64,000 nt of DNA from Geopsychrobacteraceae bacterium (GTDB lineage Bacteria; Desulfobacterota; Desulfuromonadia; Desulfuromonadales; Geopsychrobacteraceae): positions 3,424,001 through 3,488,000 of the forward strand of contig OY759353.1 of assembly GCA_963662315.1 (NCBI GenBank), written 5' to 3'. A model generated the notes under the pieces. It was given only the letters and a program-made list of their open reading frames with translations, did no database searches and had not been told where the DNA came from. Below are positions 60,382 to 64,000 of this stretch, piece by piece. The translations under genes were made by a program, and so were the position numbers. Position 1 is the stretch's first letter. Every line of letters starts with the position of its first letter.

Positions 60382-63300
60382 TTATTTCGAATTGATGCCA
60401 AACTCCACTCGGCTGGCAACACCCTCATCCGGTTTTTTGAAGATATCGGTCTGCTTCAGGAACAGGCGTGGCTTGAGATCCGGTTTTAGAACCTCCAGAG
60501 TATCCCGGACATTCAGAGCACGTTCCTTGGCCAGCACGGCAAGTTGTTCATCTCCGGCAAGAATATTGGACAGCAGGAGTTTTTCCATCTCTTCAACCGG
60601 CAGCTCTTTGAGGGTCCCCAGGCTCGTCCGTGGTCTGGGAAAGGATGCTTCTTTATAGGCGAAGGTGAGCAGCTCGGGGTATTCTTCCGCGCTAATGATG
60701 AGGTGTTCCGCCTGCGCTTGCGGATCATTTTTGATTTCAAGCTCACGCTGTTTGATAGCAATTAGGTGCTTATGCAACTGGTTTTTCCGGTACGCTTCGG
60801 GATCCTGTTCACGGTCGGCATAGGCGCTGATTTCCAGCGTCAGAGATGGTCGCCTGAGCAATACCTCGGCAAGTTCTCCAAGTTTTTTCTGCTGCTCAGG
60901 ATCAAGAAGGCTGGTTCCCGGTGCAAAAGCTATACTGGAAAAGTCTTCCCCGCTGCCTAAGGCGGCTGTCAACAGAGAAAAAGGGGAGGTTGCGGCTTTA
61001 ACCAGTAGATTGCGCAGGACGGTAACAATGGTTCCGGCGACGCTGAAGTTTGGATCTTCAAGATTACCTGAGACCGGGATATTCAAATGGATTTCATCGT
61101 CGCGATTTTTCAGCAGGGCGACGGCTAAAGAGACTGGCAGGGTCGTCGCTTTATCGCTTTTGACTTGGTCGCCGAAGGTGAACTGGTCAATCATAACCCG
61201 GTTGGAGGCCGTGATGTGCTGATGGTTGATCGTGTAACTGAGATCAAGGTAAAGTTTTCCTTTGTCGATGGCATAGCCGAGATAGGTCCCTGAGTAAGGG
61301 GTCATCGGTGACAGGTCAATATCGTTAAAACTGATGGTCAGATCGGCAAAAAGCTCTCTGCTTAGTGGATTGATCACACCCTGAACGGTCAATGGTGAGT
61401 GATTTTCCAGTTTGCCGCGCAGATCTACATCGGCGCGCATATTTACATCAGAAGACAAGCCGGAAACCCGCCCACCCAATTCATGCATGGTGGTCGTAAA
61501 GGTGCTCGGGAGATGGCGGTCCGTGAAGGTGACGGTCCCCCCCTGCATGGTCACATTGTTGATACTGATTTCTGAGGTGGTATCGCTGGCTGGCTCCGAG
61601 CTCGCAGCTGGAGCCACGCTTGCCGCAGGCGCCTGCTGGTCAGGCGTCGGCATGTCATTGACGGTGGTCAGGTTAATCTGCCCTTCCGGGTCGATTTCGA
61701 TGTTGGCCGTGTAGTTACTGAGGGCGACATCGTCAAGATGCAGGGCAAATGGCGCTAAATTCCCCCTAATCCCTTTAATATTCAGATCCTGCCAAAAGAG
61801 CAACTGATCGTAACTGCGGCGATCGAGTAAATCAAAGTTGCTGATGTCAGTGGTACCGGAAAAATCCCCGGTAAAGGTATCTGCTTCCTGGACAATGTTG
61901 ATCGCCAGATTGGTGAAGACGCGACCACTTCTTAGCGTGAGCTGCAGATTGTCAGGGATAAAGCCGTTATAGTCTTTCAGAGCGATATCAGAAACTTGCA
62001 GTGTGCTGTTTAGGTTAAGGGGGGTATGGACGAGGTTCCCTTCAGCGTGAACGGCCCCAAGGTGTCCGGGTTCGAAACTTACAGAAAACCGGCTTTGCTC
62101 AGCCGTCGGGTAACTGATATTTTCCATATGGAACGCCAGGTTTTTCAGGCGGGCTATCGGTTGGCGGTCGCGGCTCTGGTCCTGAAAGGTCGCTGCGAAA
62201 TTAACCAGATCAAGGCTGCCAAGGTTAATCTGCCAGGGAGGTTCTGTGGTGGTTGGCTCATGCTGTTCCGGTGTTGTCTCTGATGATTCCGGCGGGTTGG
62301 TGGGCTGGAGCAGATGTTCTGGACTGAAGCTGCCATCGGCCAGTCTTGTAACGTTCAGGTCGCCATCTTTAAAAGTAATATTGCCAAGCCTGAGCTGTTT
62401 ATCCTCAAGATCAAAGGATACGTCACGTATTTGTAGCGCGGCGAGAGAAAACTGATCCTGATCATTGAATGGAACGATCAGGTTGTCCAGACTGAGCAGG
62501 CCGTCGGCCAGGGTGACATTGCCTGCGCTGGTGTAATGGACCTTGCTCCAGATGCTGGCTTTCCCCGCAAGCGGGGCCGTTAACATGTTTTCAAGATAGG
62601 GGTAATATGGCGTCAGCGGCAAGTCGTTCAGGTTGACATCCAGGTCGGCAGAGACGGGGGTCAACCCCAGTTGTCCGTTCAGGTTAAAGCTGGCGTTACG
62701 AGCGCTGGTAAAAGAGACGGCAATATCCGCCTGCTGATCCTGGTGAGTTGACAGGTTGGAGGCACTGATGCTGATGGCACTGATGTCTTCACTGTGCCCA
62801 CCGGTTACACTGTCATCATGAAAATGAATTTGACCATCGGCAAGCTTTAGCGTGTCGATCAGCAACTGAAGCGTCCGAGGGGGATTGTTTTGTTGTGGTA
62901 CAGCCTGAGCGGCGGGAGCGGCTGGCACAGAAGATAATGGCTCTGCTGTGCTATCCTCGGTAGCAGAAAACAATTGCAACAGATTCAATTGACCGTCCTG
63001 ATCACGGTTGACATACAGCTGTGGCTCGTAAATTTCGAGCGACTCAAGGTTGATATCCTGCTGAAAAATATCCGCCTCCCGTAAGTCGATCAGCAGGGTT
63101 GGCAGCTGGAACAGAGGGCTGCCGTCCGGCTTTTGAATATCAAGATCACTGACGGCAAATTGTCCACCGACCGTGAGCCTGGGCTGTGCGTCGTCAGCAA
63201 TGATGTATTTCAGTTCAATTTCAAAATCGAGACTCCCCTGTAAGACTTTCACTGGTAAGGCTACCGGCGAGGTGTCGGCGTAAAAGGGGAGCTGGGCCGC

Positions 63301-63981
63301 GTGAAAGGCTACATAAAGATCGGTTTCCAGTGTGTTGTGGAACGGCTTCAGGTGGCCGTTGACTTTGAGCTCAGAACCGTTGAGCAGCATGAATAACTGG
63401 GGAGTCACATAGCTGTCGGTTTGCTGGGGAATATTACCGATAAAAGGGATGCTTAACGCTAACTGACGGATCTCGTGGTGGGCCGGATTGGCCGTGACCT
63501 GTTCACTGAAGTCAAGGGCGCCGTTGTTTATAATGACGTTGTTCAGGGAAAAAAGAAACGGCTTCTGTTCCGTTGTGTCAGCGTTTTGTGTTGTGCCTTG
63601 GGCGGCCGGAATGAAGTCGGAAAAATTATAGCGACCCTCTGCAATCAGGTTGATGTTGACGTAAGGGTCATCCAGCTCGAAGCGATCAAAAATAAGCGCT
63701 CTTTCAATCACCGACCGGGCACTGAGTGACACCAGCAAGCGGGAAAAGGACACAAACGGCTGATTGCTGTCCGCTTCGCTTAATTCAGCCCCGTTGATTT
63801 CCAGGGTCAGGGTGAACGGGTTGAAGAACACCTTTTCCAGCTTCACGCTGCGGGTGCTATTTTCAGCGATCCAGTTGGTTCCCTGCTTTCTGAGTTGCCA
63901 GGGGACGATCAGCATGGTGAAGAGCAGGAGTGCGAAAATAATGATAACGGTGATGATACTGTATTTGAGCACGCGTGACAT
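60382..63981 (-). CDS. DUF748-repeat (AsmA-like) envelope protein with OmpA-like C-terminal region
   Basis: FNPFTL, repeated beta-rich modules, PYSGTYLGY, VKAATSPF and FAPG motifs. Confidence 0.85.
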   Translation of the reverse strand: MSRVLKYSIITVIIIFALLLFTMLIVPWQLRKQGTNWIAENSTRSVKLEKVFFNPFTLTLEINGAELSEADSNQPFVSFSRLLVSLSARSVIERALIFDRFELDDPYVNINLIAEGRYNFSDFIPAAQGTTQNADTTEQKPFLFSLNNVIINNGALDFSEQVTANPAHHEIRQLALSIPFIGNIPQQTDSYVTPQLFMLLNGSELKVNGHLKPFHNTLETDLYVAFHAAQLPFYADTSPVALPVKVLQGSLDFEIELKYIIADDAQPRLTVGGQFAVSDLDIQKPDGSPLFQLPTLLIDLREADIFQQDINLESLEIYEPQLYVNRDQDGQLNLLQLFSATEDSTAEPLSSVPAAPAAQAVPQQNNPPRTLQLLIDTLKLADGQIHFHDDSVTGGHSEDISAISISASNLSTHQDQQADIAVSFTSARNASFNLNGQLGLTPVSADLDVNLNDLPLTPYYPYLENMLTAPLAGKASIWSKVHYTSAGNVTLADGLLSLDNLIVPFNDQDQFSLAALQIRDVSFDLEDKQLRLGNITFKDGDLNVTRLADGSFSPEHLLQPTNPPESSETTPEQHEPTTTEPPWQINLGSLDLVNFAATFQDQSRDRQPIARLKNLAFHMENISYPTAEQSRFSVSFEPGHLGAVHAEGNLVHTPLNLNSTLQVSDIALKDYNGFIPDNLQLTLRSGRVFTNLAINIVQEADTFTGDFSGTTDISNFDLLDRRSYDQLLFWQDLNIKGIRGNLAPFALHLDDVALSNYTANIEIDPEGQINLTTVNDMPTPDQQAPAASVAPAASSEPASDTTSEISINNVTMQGGTVTFTDRHLPSTFTTTMHELGGRVSGLSSDVNMRADVDLRGKLENHSPLTVQGVINPLSRELFADLTISFNDIDLSPMTPYSGTYLGYAIDKGKLYLDLSYTINHQHITASNRVMIDQFTFGDQVKSDKATTLPVSLAVALLKNRDDEIHLNIPVSGNLEDPNFSVAGTIVTVLRNLLVKAATSPFSLLTAALGSGEDFSSIAFAPGTSLLDPEQQKKLGELAEVLLRRPSLTLEISAYADREQDPEAYRKNQLHKHLIAIKQRELEIKNDPQAQAEHLIISAEEYPELLTFAYKEASFPRPRTSLGTLKELPVEEMEKLLLSNILAGDEQLAVLAKERALNVRDTLEVLKPDLKPRLFLKQTDIFKKPDEGVASRVEFGINSK

Positions 63982-64000
63982 GATGACTCTCTCCTGGTCA

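Noticed and set aside
1..64000. CRISPR array, rRNA or prophage structural genes
   Set aside because: No regularly spaced repeat-spacer series, rRNA-like tract or phage structural protein was recognised.

Overview
The window looks like chromosome from an anaerobic deltaproteobacterium, probably Desulfuromonadales-like. This is inferred from the DUF748 and DUF3373 genes, the multiheme cytochrome and the MglA-type GTPase, not from a database search. From left to right: (1) The tail of an integron-type cassette array (1-1800), with the 5' end of a minus-strand group IIC-attC intron inserted in a well-formed attC site, followed by progressively decayed cassettes. (2) A porin/TolC/MFP/RND efflux operon with an RstAB-like two-component system. 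(3) NhaC-family, LysE, MFS, hemerythrin and SPOR-NlpC/P60 genes. (4) A sigma54-controlled acid-sugar catabolic cluster (DUF1537 kinase, TRAP, SDR, sialidase-like, PdxA2, Fe-ADH, DapA-like) bordered by an intact IS5-family element. (5) pgm. (6) An unusual signalling cluster: HDOD remnant, PAS kinase, orphan MglA-like GTPase, second kinase, receiver-fused PilB/GspE ATPase and REC-HD-GYP. (7) A decayed island at tRNA-Sec (selC) with a dead integrase, IetA/IetS-like ATPase-subtilase pair, Fic and HipA/YjjJ genes. (8) moeA, MOSC, a cytochrome c/DUF3373/octaheme cytochrome cluster, omptin, uvrB, yitT-like, M23 peptidase and DUF748 genes. No CRISPR array or rRNA was seen. Protein family calls come from motifs read by eye.
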